DNA from: a bacterium
GTDB taxonomy: Bacteria > Sysuimicrobiota > Sysuimicrobiia > Sysuimicrobiales > Kaftiobacteriaceae
NCBI GenBank assembly: GCA_044868695.1
Contig: JBIOWP010000069.1
Coordinates: 1-15,133, forward strand
Direction of reading: 5' to 3'
DNA: 15,133 nucleotides
A program made the position numbers and the translations under genes. Within the stretch, counting starts at the first letter, position 1, and every line of letters begins with the position of its first letter. Positions 1 to 8,846 of this stretch are shown in pieces. Below the pieces are notes generated by a model. It did not search any database. It was given only the letters and a program-made list of their open reading frames with translations, and was not told the DNA's origin.

Positions 1-532
1 GCGACGCGCCCTCTTGAAGCGCCGCCGCGGCCGCGCGCGCGGCGCGATCGTCCAGGGCCGCGTCGCCGAGCGACCCGGTCCGCGTCCCGCCTGCCCACAC
101 CGCCAGCCGCCGCCCCGCACCCATCGCCCCGCCCAGCACCGTCACCACCGCCAGCGCCTGTTCCTCGGCGATTGCCTTCCGGTAGAGCGCGAAGATCTCC
201 GCCGCGGGATCCACCGGCTCGACAAAGATGTCCACCGCGCCGTTGCACCCCAGGCCCAGGCCCCACACCACATCGTCGTCGGCGGTCAGGTCGTAGGTGA
301 CCAGGCGCGCGGTGCCCGTGGCCATGACCTCACCGGCCACGACCATGACGTCGCCCTCGAGACAGCCGCCGCTGATGTTGCCGACCATCTGCTGGCTGCG
401 AGTCAGTAGCAGCCGTGCGCCCTCGCGCCGGTAGGTCGAGCCCCGCACGGCGACGATGGTGGCGAGCGCCATCGGTTCGCCCGCTGCCGCGAAGCGATCG
501 ATTGCGTCGAGAATCTCCGTGAGTTCTTTCAT
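1..532 (-). CDS. xdhC: XdhC/CoxF/CoxI family molybdenum cofactor maturation/insertion protein (3' end runs off the window)
   Basis: Absent from the ORF track because it is truncated; translated by hand from ATG at 532: MKELTEILDAIDRFAAAGEPMALATIVAVRGSTYRREGARLLLTRSQQMVGNISGGCLEGDV...YDLTADDDVVWGLGLGCNGAVDIFVEP. The GS-x-YR-x-x-GA, SGGCLE and GLGCNG motifs are typical of XdhC. GGAG SD at 543-546. Confidence 0.92.
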   Translation of the reverse strand, partial: MKELTEILDAIDRFAAAGEPMALATIVAVRGSTYRREGARLLLTRSQQMVGNISGGCLEGDVMVVAGEVMATGTARLVTYDLTADDDVVWGLGLGCNGAVDIFVEPVDPAAEIFALYRKAIAEEQALAVVTVLGGAMGAGRRLAVWAGGTRTGSLGDAALDDRAARAAAAALQEGAS

Positions 533-545
533 CGTTAGGTCACTC

Positions 546-573
546 CGAATCGCTATTCGCGATTCACGATTCA
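546..573. repeat. Four degenerate 7-bp units (CGAATCG CTATTCG CGATTCA CGATTCA) containing a perfect 7-bp-stem hairpin
   Basis: GAATCGC (547-553) is the reverse complement of GCGATTC (559-565), with a 5-nt loop. The last unit includes the stop codon of the VWA gene. Confidence 0.6.
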
Positions 574-1707
574 CTTCTTCCTGAGGGCCAGGTGCCGTTC
601 CAGCTGTCGCAAACTCTCGAGATTGTGAGCAGAGGCGAACACGTCCACGTACGGCAGCGCCACACGCATCCCTTGGCAGATCGGCTCGTAGCCCGGGCTG
701 CCCAGGAGCGGGTTCAGCCAGATCACCCTGCCGGCGCGGGCGTGCACGTCCCGCATGGCGCCCTCCAGCACGTCGATGTCGCCGGTGTCCCACCCGTCGC
801 TGATGACGATGACGACAGTGCGCGGGGTGAGGACGCGGTCCGCGTAGCGGGTCAGGAACGCCCGGAGGCTGGCGCCGATCTTGGTCCCGCCGGACCAGTC
901 CGGCACCCGGCGCGCCACCTCATCCAGGGCCGCCCGCAGATCCGACTCTGAGAGCGCGTCGGTCACCCGCGTCAGCGACGTGCTGAACACCAGCGTCTCC
1001 ACCTGGCCCAGGGCATGCTGCAACGCGAAGATGAATTGGATGAGGAACCGGCTGTACAGGTCCATGGAGCCGCTGACGTCGGCCAGCAGCACGACGCGGG
1101 TCTTCTGGATTTTTCGCCTGCGGTAGGCGAGGTCGATGATCTCCCCGCCGCGCCTGAGGCTGTGACGAATCGTCCGGCGCAGGTCCACCAGATGGCCGCG
1201 CCGCGTCTGGCGCGTGCGCCGGCTGAGGCGGGTGGCCACGCGGCGCGCGATGGCGACCACGAGAGCGCTCACCTCGTCCAGCTCATCACCGGAAAACGTG
1301 CTGAAGTCTTTGTGCGTCAGCATTTCGACCGGGCTGTACGCTGGGACGGCCTCGTCGCCCTCTAAACGCAGCGCCTCATCGAGCCACGAGACCAGCGCCG
1401 GTGCCTGTGTGGGTCCATCGCCCGACACTCCGGGCAGCGGCGGCGGGGTGCGGTCGGCCGGCGGGGGAAGTTCGACCGGCGGATTCCAGTGTTCGGCAAA
1501 GACCTGATCGAAGACCGGGAGTTCTTCGCGGCGCGAGGTCAGCACGGTCCGTAGGGCCAGATACGACCCTCGGCGGTCGGCGACGTCCACCGCGGCCAGC
1601 GACCGCAGCGCGTCGGACGCCTCCCGCGGCCCCACCGCCAGGCCGCGCGCACGCAGCGCCCGGCAGAATCCGACGACGTGCGTCGTGAGGTCGCCGGCGA
1701 CGCTCAT
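571..1707 (-). CDS. coxE: CoxE-like VWA domain protein (378 aa)
   Basis: MIDAS motif DVSGSM, plus WSGGTKIG, ISDGWD and IWLNPL. The start is placed at ATG 1707 (MSVAGDL...), which overlaps the TGA of the upstream ATPase (ATGA), rather than at 1812. Confidence 0.92.
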   Translation of the reverse strand: MSVAGDLTTHVVGFCRALRARGLAVGPREASDALRSLAAVDVADRRGSYLALRTVLTSRREELPVFDQVFAEHWNPPVELPPPADRTPPPLPGVSGDGPTQAPALVSWLDEALRLEGDEAVPAYSPVEMLTHKDFSTFSGDELDEVSALVVAIARRVATRLSRRTRQTRRGHLVDLRRTIRHSLRRGGEIIDLAYRRRKIQKTRVVLLADVSGSMDLYSRFLIQFIFALQHALGQVETLVFSTSLTRVTDALSESDLRAALDEVARRVPDWSGGTKIGASLRAFLTRYADRVLTPRTVVIVISDGWDTGDIDVLEGAMRDVHARAGRVIWLNPLLGSPGYEPICQGMRVALPYVDVFASAHNLESLRQLERHLALRKK

Positions 1708-2654
1708 CGCTTGGGCAGCACCCGCTCGGCGACCCGAGAGATCGTGTCCTGGCTCCACGGCTTCGGCTCGCGCCCGACCTCCTCGACGCCGCGCAGCAGG
1801 TGATCCAGCCACTGCGCGCGCATGAGGTCGGCATCGTCCCGGTGCTTGAACAGGACGCCGAGCGTCTGCTCGACGGCATCGCGGTCGAGGTGGTCGCGGT
1901 GCAGCGCGATCAGCGCGGCGCTCCAGTCCAGGGTTTCGGCCAGCCCCGGCGTCTTCTCCAACCGAGTCCGGCGCACGAACTGCATGAAGGCGGCGATCTG
2001 TTCGGCGAGCTGGCCGTCGACGCCGGGCACCTTGCGCCGGACGATGGCCAGCTCCTTCTCAAACGCCGGGTACTCGATCCACAGGTAGAGACACCGCCGC
2101 CGCAGCGCATCGCCCAGCTCGCGCGTGCGGTTGCTGGTCAGCACGACATAGGGCACGTGCTGTGCGCGGATCGTGCCGACTTCTGGAATGGTCACCTGCC
2201 AGTCGGAGAGCACCTCCAGAAGGAACGCCTCCCACTCCTCGTCGGCCCGATCGACCTCATCGATCAGCAGCACCGGCGCCTGGTGGTGGGTGATGGCCTG
2301 CAGCAGCGGGCGCTTGAGCAGAAACGGCTCGCTGAAGATCTCACGTTCCCTGGCCTCCAGTGGCAGCTCGCTGTGCTCCTGCAGGCGGATGTGCAGCAGC
2401 TGGCGCTGGTAGTTCCACTCGTACAGCGAGGTGGTGGCGTCCAGGCCCTCGTAGCACTGCAGGCGGATGAGATCGGTGTCCAGCGCCCGCGCCATGACCT
2501 TCGCCACTTCGGTTTTGCCGACGCCGGCGGCACCCTCAATGAGGAGGGGCTTGTGCAGGTGGATGGCCAGATAGACCGACGTGGCCAGCGCCTCGTCGGC
2601 GACGTACCCCTGGCCGTCCAGCATCGTATGAATTCGCGCGATTTCAGGATGCAT
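1704..2654 (-). CDS. coxD: CoxD-like MoxR family AAA+ ATPase (316 aa)
   Basis: Walker A GAAGVGKT, LIRLQCYEGLD, LYEWNY, Walker B LLIDEVDR, LTSNRTRELGDALRRRCLY. The start is placed at ATG 2654 (MHPEIARI...), behind a GGGAG SD. Confidence 0.94.
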   Translation of the reverse strand: MHPEIARIHTMLDGQGYVADEALATSVYLAIHLHKPLLIEGAAGVGKTEVAKVMARALDTDLIRLQCYEGLDATTSLYEWNYQRQLLHIRLQEHSELPLEAREREIFSEPFLLKRPLLQAITHHQAPVLLIDEVDRADEEWEAFLLEVLSDWQVTIPEVGTIRAQHVPYVVLTSNRTRELGDALRRRCLYLWIEYPAFEKELAIVRRKVPGVDGQLAEQIAAFMQFVRRTRLEKTPGLAETLDWSAALIALHRDHLDRDAVEQTLGVLFKHRDDADLMRAQWLDHLLRGVEEVGREPKPWSQDTISRVAERVLPKR

Positions 2655-2740
2655 ACGTCTCCCTATCATAATACATGGTATTCGCACACAGCCAGCAGGA
2701 GGTGCCGCGGACCGCGCCAGAAGAGAGACACCTGTCACGC
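2655..2740. promoter_or_regulatory. Divergent promoter region between coxD and the cyclase gene
   Basis: AT-rich patch TATCATAATACATGGTATT (2664-2682) in very GC-rich DNA. It holds -10-like hexamers on both strands: + TATCAT/CATAAT; - TATGAT, TATTAT, TACCAT. No clear -35. Confidence 0.55.
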
Positions 2741-3976
2741 ATGAAACGCAGGCTGCTCGCCTTGATTGCACGGGTGGCAACGGCGGGCCTCCGGCCGTCC
2801 GACACGGAAGAGGCGCGCCTGCACAAGGCGACGGTGGCGCTCACCGCGGCGCTGATCAGCCTGGCGGGCATCCTGTGGGCCGGCATGTATGCCGCCCTCG
2901 GTCTCTATCGTGCGGCGAGCTTCCCTCTCGCCTACGCGCTCATCTCGATCGCAACGCTCCCGCTCGCGGTCGTCACGAACCGGTTTGATCTCTTCCGGCT
3001 GAGCCAGCTCTCGATGATGGCCGTCCTTCCGTTTCTGTTGCAGTGGCAGCTGGGCGGCATCGCCCGATCCGGCGCCGTCATGGTCTGGTCATTCTGGACT
3101 CCGCTGTATGCCCTGATCACCGGAGGCGCACGCGAGTGGCAGGGATGGTTGGCCGCGTTCTTCGCGCTCGTGGCCGTGTCTGGAGTCTTGGAATATTCGG
3201 TCGCAGCCACCGCTCCGCCGGTGCCGCCGGTGTTGAGCGCCGTCTTCATCACCGTGAACATCGGCGGCCTGGCGTTCGTCACGATGATGCTGATGCGATA
3301 CGTCGTGCGGGAGCGCGATGAAGCGCAGCAACGCTCTGAGCGGCTCCTCCTGAATATCCTGCCGAAACCGATCGCGGAGCGGCTCAAACGCGATCCTGGG
3401 ACGATTGCCGATGCCTATGCCGACGTCACCGTGCTCTTCGCGGATATCGTCGACTTCACGACCATCTCAGCAGGCGTCCCCGCGCAGGAGTTAGTCGGGA
3501 TTCTCAATGAGGTGTTTACCGAATTTGACCGCCTCGTCGAGCGGCACGGGCTGGAAAAGATCAAGACGGTCGGGGACGCCTATATGGTTGTGGGTGGCCT
3601 GCCCGTGCCACGCCGAGATCATGCGCAGACTGTAGCGGAGCTGGCCCTCGAGATGCAGGAGGCCATCGGCGCGTGCGCCCTGAAGACCAACACCCGGCTC
3701 ATGCTGCGGATCGGGATCCACTCGGGCCCGGTGGTGGCCGGCGTGATCGGGCGCAGGAAGTTCAGTTACGACTTGTGGGGAGACACGGTCAACACCGCGA
3801 GCCGGATGGAATCTCATGGAGTACCCGGGCGCATCCAGCTGACGGCCGACACCTTTGCGCGGATCCGGGATCACTATCTCTGCGAAGAGCGGGGCCCGAT
3901 TCCCATCAAAGGCAAGGGGGAGATGACGACCTATTTCCTCCTGGGCCGCAGAACACCGGCGCCGGTGGTCGTGTAA
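2741..3976 (+). CDS. Membrane-bound class III adenylyl cyclase with about 6 TM helices (411 aa; Rv1625c-like architecture)
   Basis: Six hydrophobic segments, then [18 protein letters not shown] (cyclase transducer element), [38 protein letters not shown] and [16 protein letters not shown]. Both metal-binding Asp, the catalytic Asn/Arg and the ATP-specifying Lys/Asp are present. Start 2741 is preferred; 2675 is possible. Confidence 0.92.
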   Translation: MKRRLLALIARVATAGLRPSDTEEARLHKATVALTAALISLAGILWAGMYAALGLYRAASFPLAYALISIATLPLAVVTNRFDLFRLSQLSMMAVLPFLLQWQLGGIARSGAVMVWSFWTPLYALITGGAREWQGWLAAFFALVAVSGVLEYSVAATAPPVPPVLSAVFITVNIGGLAFVTMMLMRYVVRERDEAQQRSERLLLNILPKPIAERLKRDPGTIADAYADVTVLFADIVDFTTISAGVPAQELVGILNEVFTEFDRLVERHGLEKIKTVGDAYMVVGGLPVPRRDHAQTVAELALEMQEAIGACALKTNTRLMLRIGIHSGPVVAGVIGRRKFSYDLWGDTVNTASRMESHGVPGRIQLTADTFARIRDHYLCEERGPIPIKGKGEMTTYFLLGRRTPAPVVV

Positions 3977-6310
3977 TTACGTCGCCGGGCGTACCGCTGA
4001 CCGCTGGATCGCCTCCCACACCTTCCGTGGGGTCAACGGCATGTCCAGGTGCTCGATGCCGAACGGCGCCAGGGCGTCCAGAACCGCGTTGACGACCGCG
4101 GGGGTGGCCCCAATGGTGCCCGCTTCGCCCACCCCCTTCGCGCCCAGCGGGTTGTGCGGCGAGGGCGTGACCGTGTGGTCCAGCTCAAAGGGCGGGATCT
4201 GTGCGGCTTTCGGGACGGCGTAGTCGGGCAGGCCCGCGGTCAGCAGCTGGCCGTCCCCGTCGTAGACCGCGTCCTCGAACAGCGCCTGGGCCAGTCCCTG
4301 CGCAATGCCGCCGTGCACCTGCCCGGCCACCAGCAGCGGGTTAATGACGGTACCGCAGTCGTCGACGGCGACGTAACGGCGGATCCGGACCTCTCCGGTC
4401 TCGGGTTCGACTTCGACCACGCAGACGTGCGTCCCGAACGGAAATACCCGCTCCGGCGGCGCGAAGAAGTGCGTGACCTCCAATCCCGGCTCGACGCCGG
4501 GAGGCAGCTTCGCGCCTTTGTAGGCCGCGCGTGCCACATCCTTGAACTCCACCGCGCGCTGCGGGCTGCCGCGCACGTGGAAGCGCGCGCCGTCCAGCGC
4601 GACGTCGCCCACCGGTGCTTCGAGCAAGTGGGCGGCGATCGCGAGCGCTTTCTCCCGGATGCGGTCGCAGGCCACAAAGACGGCGGACCCTCCCACCGCC
4701 GTGTTGCGGCTGCCAAAGGTCCCCACGCCGTGCGGCACCGCCCGCGTGTCGCCGTGGATGACGGCGACGTCGTCCACGGGCACGCCCAGCCTATCGCTGA
4801 CGATCTGCGCGAAGGTCGTCTCCTCACCCTGGCCGTGCGGAGATGACCCGGTGAGCACAGTAATCTTGCCCGTCGGCTCGACGCGCACCGTGGCGCTCTC
4901 CCACGACCCGCCGGACAGCGCCGCGGCGGCCCCCAGTCCGGTGATCTCGACGTAGCTCGCGACCCCGATGCCGAGCAAGCGGCCCGCCGCCCGCAGCCGG
5001 CGCTGCTCCTCACGCAGCCCGGCATAGCCGGCGACCTGCAGCGCTTTGTCGAGCGCGGCGGGGTAATTCCCGCTGTCATAGTTCGCCCCGGTCGGGGTCT
5101 TGAATGGGAACGCGTCCGGCGGGATGAAGTTGGCCCGGCGGACCTCCGCCGGATCCAGGGCGAGCCTGCGGGCGAGCGCGTCCACGGCGCGCTCGATCGA
5201 GAAGGTCGCTTCAGGCCGTCCGGCCCCCCGGTAGGCGTCCGTCGGAGTCCGGTTGGTAAACACGCCGATGACCTCGGCAGAGACCTTGGGAATGCGATAG
5301 CAGCCGACCGCCATCAAACCCGTATTCGTGGGGATGCCCGGGGTCAGCAGTTGAGAGTACGCGCCGAGATCTGCCAGCACTCGCACCCGCAGTCCCGTGA
5401 TCGTCCCGCTGCGCGTTGCGGCCAGATCGATGTCGGCGATCTGACCGCGGCCCTGGACGGTGGCCATGAAGTTCTCACGGCGGGTCTCGATCCACTTCAC
5501 TGGCCGGCCCAGCGCGACGGACAACGCGGCGACCAGCGCTTCCTCCCCGTACACGTCGAGCTTGCTGCCGAATCCGCCCCCGACCTCGGGCGCGATGACC
5601 CGGAGCTGGTGCTCGGGGATGCGCACGACATCGGCCAGCGTGGTCTTCACGACGTGCGGGATCTGCGTCGACGTCCAGATGGTAAGCTCGCCGCCTTTGA
5701 ACTGCGCCACGACGCCGCGCGTCTCCATCGCCGACGCCACGAGCCGCTGCTGCACCAGCCGCAGCGACACGGTGACGTCCGCGGCGGCGAATACCTCGTC
5801 GACGGCGCCGCCGTACGTCACGCGAAAGCACACGTTCGTGCCCAGTTCCGGGTGGATCACCTGCGTCCCGGGCCGCACGGCCGCCTCCATGTCGCCGACC
5901 GCCGGCAGCGGGTCGTAGTCCACCTCCACCAGCTCGGCCGCATCGGCCGCGTTGGCGAGGTCGGTCGCCACGACGGCCGCCACCGGGTCGCCCACATGCC
6001 GGACGACCCCGTCGACGACCAGCGGGAAGCGCTTGGGGACCTTCATCTCCCGGATCCGCGGGCCGACCGGCAGCGGGCCGCAGCGGGCGGCGACATCCTG
6101 CCCTGTCCACACCGCCACCACGCCCGGGGCGCCGCGGGCCTGCTCCGCGCGCAGGGCGGCCACTTTCGCGTGCGCGTGGGGGCTGCGGACGATGGCGACG
6201 TGCAGCATCCCCGGCAGCTGGATGTCGTCGACGTACGTCGCGGTTCCCGCGATGAGCCTGGGATCTTCCCGGCGCTTGACCCGCGCGCCGAGCGCGTGGG
6301 ATATCACCAT
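3977..6310 (-). CDS. coxL: Xanthine dehydrogenase family molybdopterin-binding large subunit, form II CoxL-like (777 aa)
   Basis: [32 protein letters not shown] (motif at 5216-5236), YDSGNY, HGQG, GTFGSR, GQVHGG, KGVGEAG. ATG 6310 has a GGAGG SD at 6316-6320. The longer ORF start at 6373 lies inside a palindromic repeat. Confidence 0.93.
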   Translation of the reverse strand: MVISHALGARVKRREDPRLIAGTATYVDDIQLPGMLHVAIVRSPHAHAKVAALRAEQARGAPGVVAVWTGQDVAARCGPLPVGPRIREMKVPKRFPLVVDGVVRHVGDPVAAVVATDLANAADAAELVEVDYDPLPAVGDMEAAVRPGTQVIHPELGTNVCFRVTYGGAVDEVFAAADVTVSLRLVQQRLVASAMETRGVVAQFKGGELTIWTSTQIPHVVKTTLADVVRIPEHQLRVIAPEVGGGFGSKLDVYGEEALVAALSVALGRPVKWIETRRENFMATVQGRGQIADIDLAATRSGTITGLRVRVLADLGAYSQLLTPGIPTNTGLMAVGCYRIPKVSAEVIGVFTNRTPTDAYRGAGRPEATFSIERAVDALARRLALDPAEVRRANFIPPDAFPFKTPTGANYDSGNYPAALDKALQVAGYAGLREEQRRLRAAGRLLGIGVASYVEITGLGAAAALSGGSWESATVRVEPTGKITVLTGSSPHGQGEETTFAQIVSDRLGVPVDDVAVIHGDTRAVPHGVGTFGSRNTAVGGSAVFVACDRIREKALAIAAHLLEAPVGDVALDGARFHVRGSPQRAVEFKDVARAAYKGAKLPPGVEPGLEVTHFFAPPERVFPFGTHVCVVEVEPETGEVRIRRYVAVDDCGTVINPLLVAGQVHGGIAQGLAQALFEDAVYDGDGQLLTAGLPDYAVPKAAQIPPFELDHTVTPSPHNPLGAKGVGEAGTIGATPAVVNAVLDALAPFGIEHLDMPLTPRKVWEAIQRSAVRPAT

Positions 6311-6331
6311 CCAGCCCTCCGATGCCACGAA

Positions 6332-6402
6332 GTCACTGCGAGCCCCCATAGGCGAAGCAGTCTCCTCGCGCAAGGAGATTGCTTCGCTGCGCTCGCAATG
6401 AC
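6332..6402. repeat. REP-like / palindromic element (GTCA[C/T]TGCGAG...GAAGCA[G/A]TCTC...GAGATTGCTTCG...CTCGCAATGAC type)
   Basis: Outer arms GTCACTGCGAGC (6332-6343) and GCTCGCAATGAC (6391-6402) pair at 11/12 positions. Inner arms GCGAAGCAGTCTCCT (6352-6366) and AGGAGATTGCTTCGC (6373-6387) pair at 14/15, around a 6-nt loop. Confidence 0.85.
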
Positions 6403-6409
6403 GACGGGA

Positions 6410-6847
6410 CTAGCGTGTCAGCTCACGTTCCAGCGCTTTGAAGAACTCCCCGGCCATCTGCTTGGCCACGCCGCCGATGAGCCGGTGGCCGACGCTGGCG
6501 ATGAGCCCGGTGATCTGCGCGTCGCCGGTATAGGCGATCACCGTCTGGCCGTTCTGCTCGTCGAGGCGCAGCTCGCCGCTGGCTCTGATCGTCCCGGGCT
6601 TGCCGCCGCCCTCGACCACCAGGCGCAGACGTTCGGGCTCGACCTTGTCCGCAATGCTGACCCGGCCGTCATACGTGCCCTTCACCGGGCCGATGCCGAG
6701 CTCGATGGTCGCTTTGTACACGTCGTTGCCCTGCGGCACGAGCTCCTTGACGCCGGGCGTGGCGCGCGCCAGGACTTTGGGGTCGTTGAGCAGCGCCCAG
6801 ACCTTCGCGCGCGGCGCCGGCAGCGTATACGTCCCTTCGACTTTCAT
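6410..6847 (-). CDS. coxG: CoxG / SRPBCC (START-like) family protein (145 aa), without a C-terminal membrane anchor
   Basis: MKVEGTYTLPAPRAKVWALLNDPKVLARATPG...GPVKGTY...GLIASVGHRLIGGVAKQMAGEFF. GGAGGA SD within the end of the upstream gene. Confidence 0.92.
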   Translation of the reverse strand: MKVEGTYTLPAPRAKVWALLNDPKVLARATPGVKELVPQGNDVYKATIELGIGPVKGTYDGRVSIADKVEPERLRLVVEGGGKPGTIRASGELRLDEQNGQTVIAYTGDAQITGLIASVGHRLIGGVAKQMAGEFFKALERELTR

Positions 6848-6848
6848 C

Positions 6849-8831
6849 TCATCCTCCGGTGGCCGCCTCTGTCCGCAGCATTGCGGCGAGCTTTTCGAAG
6901 TGCGCCAGCGCCTCCGGGTTAACGAGGGCGTCCCGGTTGGCGACCGGCCTGCCGTTGATGATATTCGCCGCGGCGCCTTCGACCTTCTTCATGTTATAGG
7001 TATAGGGAATGTCGGGCACGTCCACAATGACTGCCGGCACGTGCCGCGGCGATGCCTCCTGCCGCAGCCGGACGCGGATCGCCTCGCGCAGCGCGTCCGT
7101 GAGGACGTGGCCGGGAACCATCTTGACGAACAAGATGATCCGCTGGTCGTCGTGCCAGGCCTGGCCGATCGCGAGGCTGTCGGCGATCTCCGGGATTTGT
7201 TCAATGATCCGGTAGATCTCGGCCGTGCCGATCCGCACCCCCGCGGGTTTGAGCACCGTATCGGAACGGCCGTAGAAGGTGATTCCGCCCGTGTCGGCGT
7301 GGATCCGGATGAAGTCCCCGTGACGCCAGACCCGCCTGCCGGGATAGAACGCGAAGTAGGCGTCGCGATATTTGCTCCCATCCGGGTCGTCCCAGAAGTG
7401 GAGGGGCATGGAGGGCGCCGGCGCCTCGCAGACCAGCTCGCCCTGCTGATCGAGGGCGGGACGGCCCTGCTCATCGTACGCGGCGATCTTCATCGCCAGC
7501 GCCGGTCCCTGCAGCTCTCCGGCATACACCGGGCTGATGGGATTGCCGCACGCGAAACACCCATTGATGTCGGTGCCGCCGGAAATCGAGTTGAAGTGCA
7601 GGTCTTCCTTGATCTCCCGGTACACGTACTCGAATCCTTCCGCCGACAGTGGAGATCCGGTCTGCGAGATCTCGCGCAGCGAGGAGAGGTCGTGTTCGCG
7701 GCCGGGTCGGAGCCCCGCGGAGCGCAAGCCGTTGAGGTACGCGGCACTGGTCCCGAAGATCGTGACGCGCTCGTCCTGGACCAGCCGCCACATCGCCCCC
7801 GCATCCGGGTAGGTGGGACTGCCGTCGTAGAGCAGGACCGTCGCGCCGACCGCGAGCGAGGAGAGCATCCAGTTCCACATCATCCAGCTGCAGGTCGTGA
7901 GATAGGTGATGACGTCGCCGCCCTTGAGATCAGTATGCAGGAGGAGTTCCTTGAGATGGTTGATCAGCACGCCTCCCGCGCTCTGCACCAGGCACTTCGG
8001 CGTCCCGGTCGTCCCCGAGGAGAACATGATGTAGACCGGATGCTCAAACGGCAGCTGCTCGAACGCCGGTGCCGTGCGCGGCGCGCGGGCGATCAGTTCC
8101 TCGTAGCGGACGGCGTGGGGGATCGTTGTCATATCCGGCCGCGTGCTGGCGTACGGCACTACGATGACCCGCTCGATCGACGGGATGCGGCGGGCCAGCG
8201 CGGCGGCGTTGTCCAGGGTCGGAAAGTGCTTCCCTTTATAGAAGTAGCCGTCGGCGGTGAACAGCACTTTCGGGCCGATCTGGCCGAGCCGGTCCGCCGC
8301 CGCCTGGGGTCCGATGTCGGTCGCACACGACGCCCAGATGGCGCCGAGGCTGGTGGCGGCCAGCATCGCGACCGCGGTCTCGATCAGATTCGGCAAGTAG
8401 CCCGCCACGCGGTCCCCGGGGGCGACCCCGATCTCGCGCAGTGCGTGCCCCACCGCGCCGACGGCCTCCGACAGCTCCGCGTAGGTCATGCGGACGGGCG
8501 GACCCGTCTCCCCCTTGAACATCAACGCCACGCGACTGTCCCGGTGGGCCAGGAGATTCTCGGCAAAGTTCAGCCGGGCCCCAGGGAACCACTTCGCCCC
8601 GGGAAATCTGCTCAGGTCGTCCACGACCTGTTCGTACCCCCGGGACGCGTGGATCCCGGCGAACTCCCAGATCATCGCCCAGAATTCAGAGATGTGCGCG
8701 ACCGACCAATCATACAGCTGGCGATAACTCGTCAGGGTCGCGCCGTGCCGTGCGCCGACGGCGCGCATGAACCGCGTCATGTTCGCGTCACGCGCTCGCT
8801 GTTCAGACGGGACCCACAGCGGCGCCCTCAT
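6849..8831 (-). CDS. acsA: Acetoacetate--CoA ligase (AMP-forming, AACS family; 660 aa)
   Basis: PLWVPS, WFPGARLNFAENLL, P-loop YIMFSSGTTGTPKC, TTCSWMMWNW, SISGGTDI, WRHGD, GRSDTVLKPAGVRIGTAEIY, SPRHVP. GGGGAG SD upstream. Confidence 0.92.
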   Translation of the reverse strand: MRAPLWVPSEQRARDANMTRFMRAVGARHGATLTSYRQLYDWSVAHISEFWAMIWEFAGIHASRGYEQVVDDLSRFPGAKWFPGARLNFAENLLAHRDSRVALMFKGETGPPVRMTYAELSEAVGAVGHALREIGVAPGDRVAGYLPNLIETAVAMLAATSLGAIWASCATDIGPQAAADRLGQIGPKVLFTADGYFYKGKHFPTLDNAAALARRIPSIERVIVVPYASTRPDMTTIPHAVRYEELIARAPRTAPAFEQLPFEHPVYIMFSSGTTGTPKCLVQSAGGVLINHLKELLLHTDLKGGDVITYLTTCSWMMWNWMLSSLAVGATVLLYDGSPTYPDAGAMWRLVQDERVTIFGTSAAYLNGLRSAGLRPGREHDLSSLREISQTGSPLSAEGFEYVYREIKEDLHFNSISGGTDINGCFACGNPISPVYAGELQGPALAMKIAAYDEQGRPALDQQGELVCEAPAPSMPLHFWDDPDGSKYRDAYFAFYPGRRVWRHGDFIRIHADTGGITFYGRSDTVLKPAGVRIGTAEIYRIIEQIPEIADSLAIGQAWHDDQRIILFVKMVPGHVLTDALREAIRVRLRQEASPRHVPAVIVDVPDIPYTYNMKKVEGAAANIINGRPVANRDALVNPEALAHFEKLAAMLRTEAATGG

Positions 8832-8846
8832 CTTCTCCCCGCGCGG

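Noticed and set aside
14..409. 131-aa ORF on the + strand
   Set aside because: Antisense to the clearly recognisable xdhC gene; Arg/Pro/His-rich with no motifs.
2684..2696. Possible sigma-54 promoter (TGGC...TGC on the minus strand)
   Set aside because: The GG-to-GC spacing is 6 nt rather than the required 10.
6332..6402. Rho-independent terminator, tRNA or CRISPR repeat interpretation of the hairpin
   Set aside because: No U-tract on either strand, no cloverleaf, and only one copy with no spacers.
5351..6922. 523-aa ORF on the + strand, and similar ORFs at 1800-2744, 4049-4846 and 12239-13024
   Set aside because: They lie antisense to well-supported genes. The 523-aa ORF also reads through the palindromic repeat. 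None shows coherent protein features.
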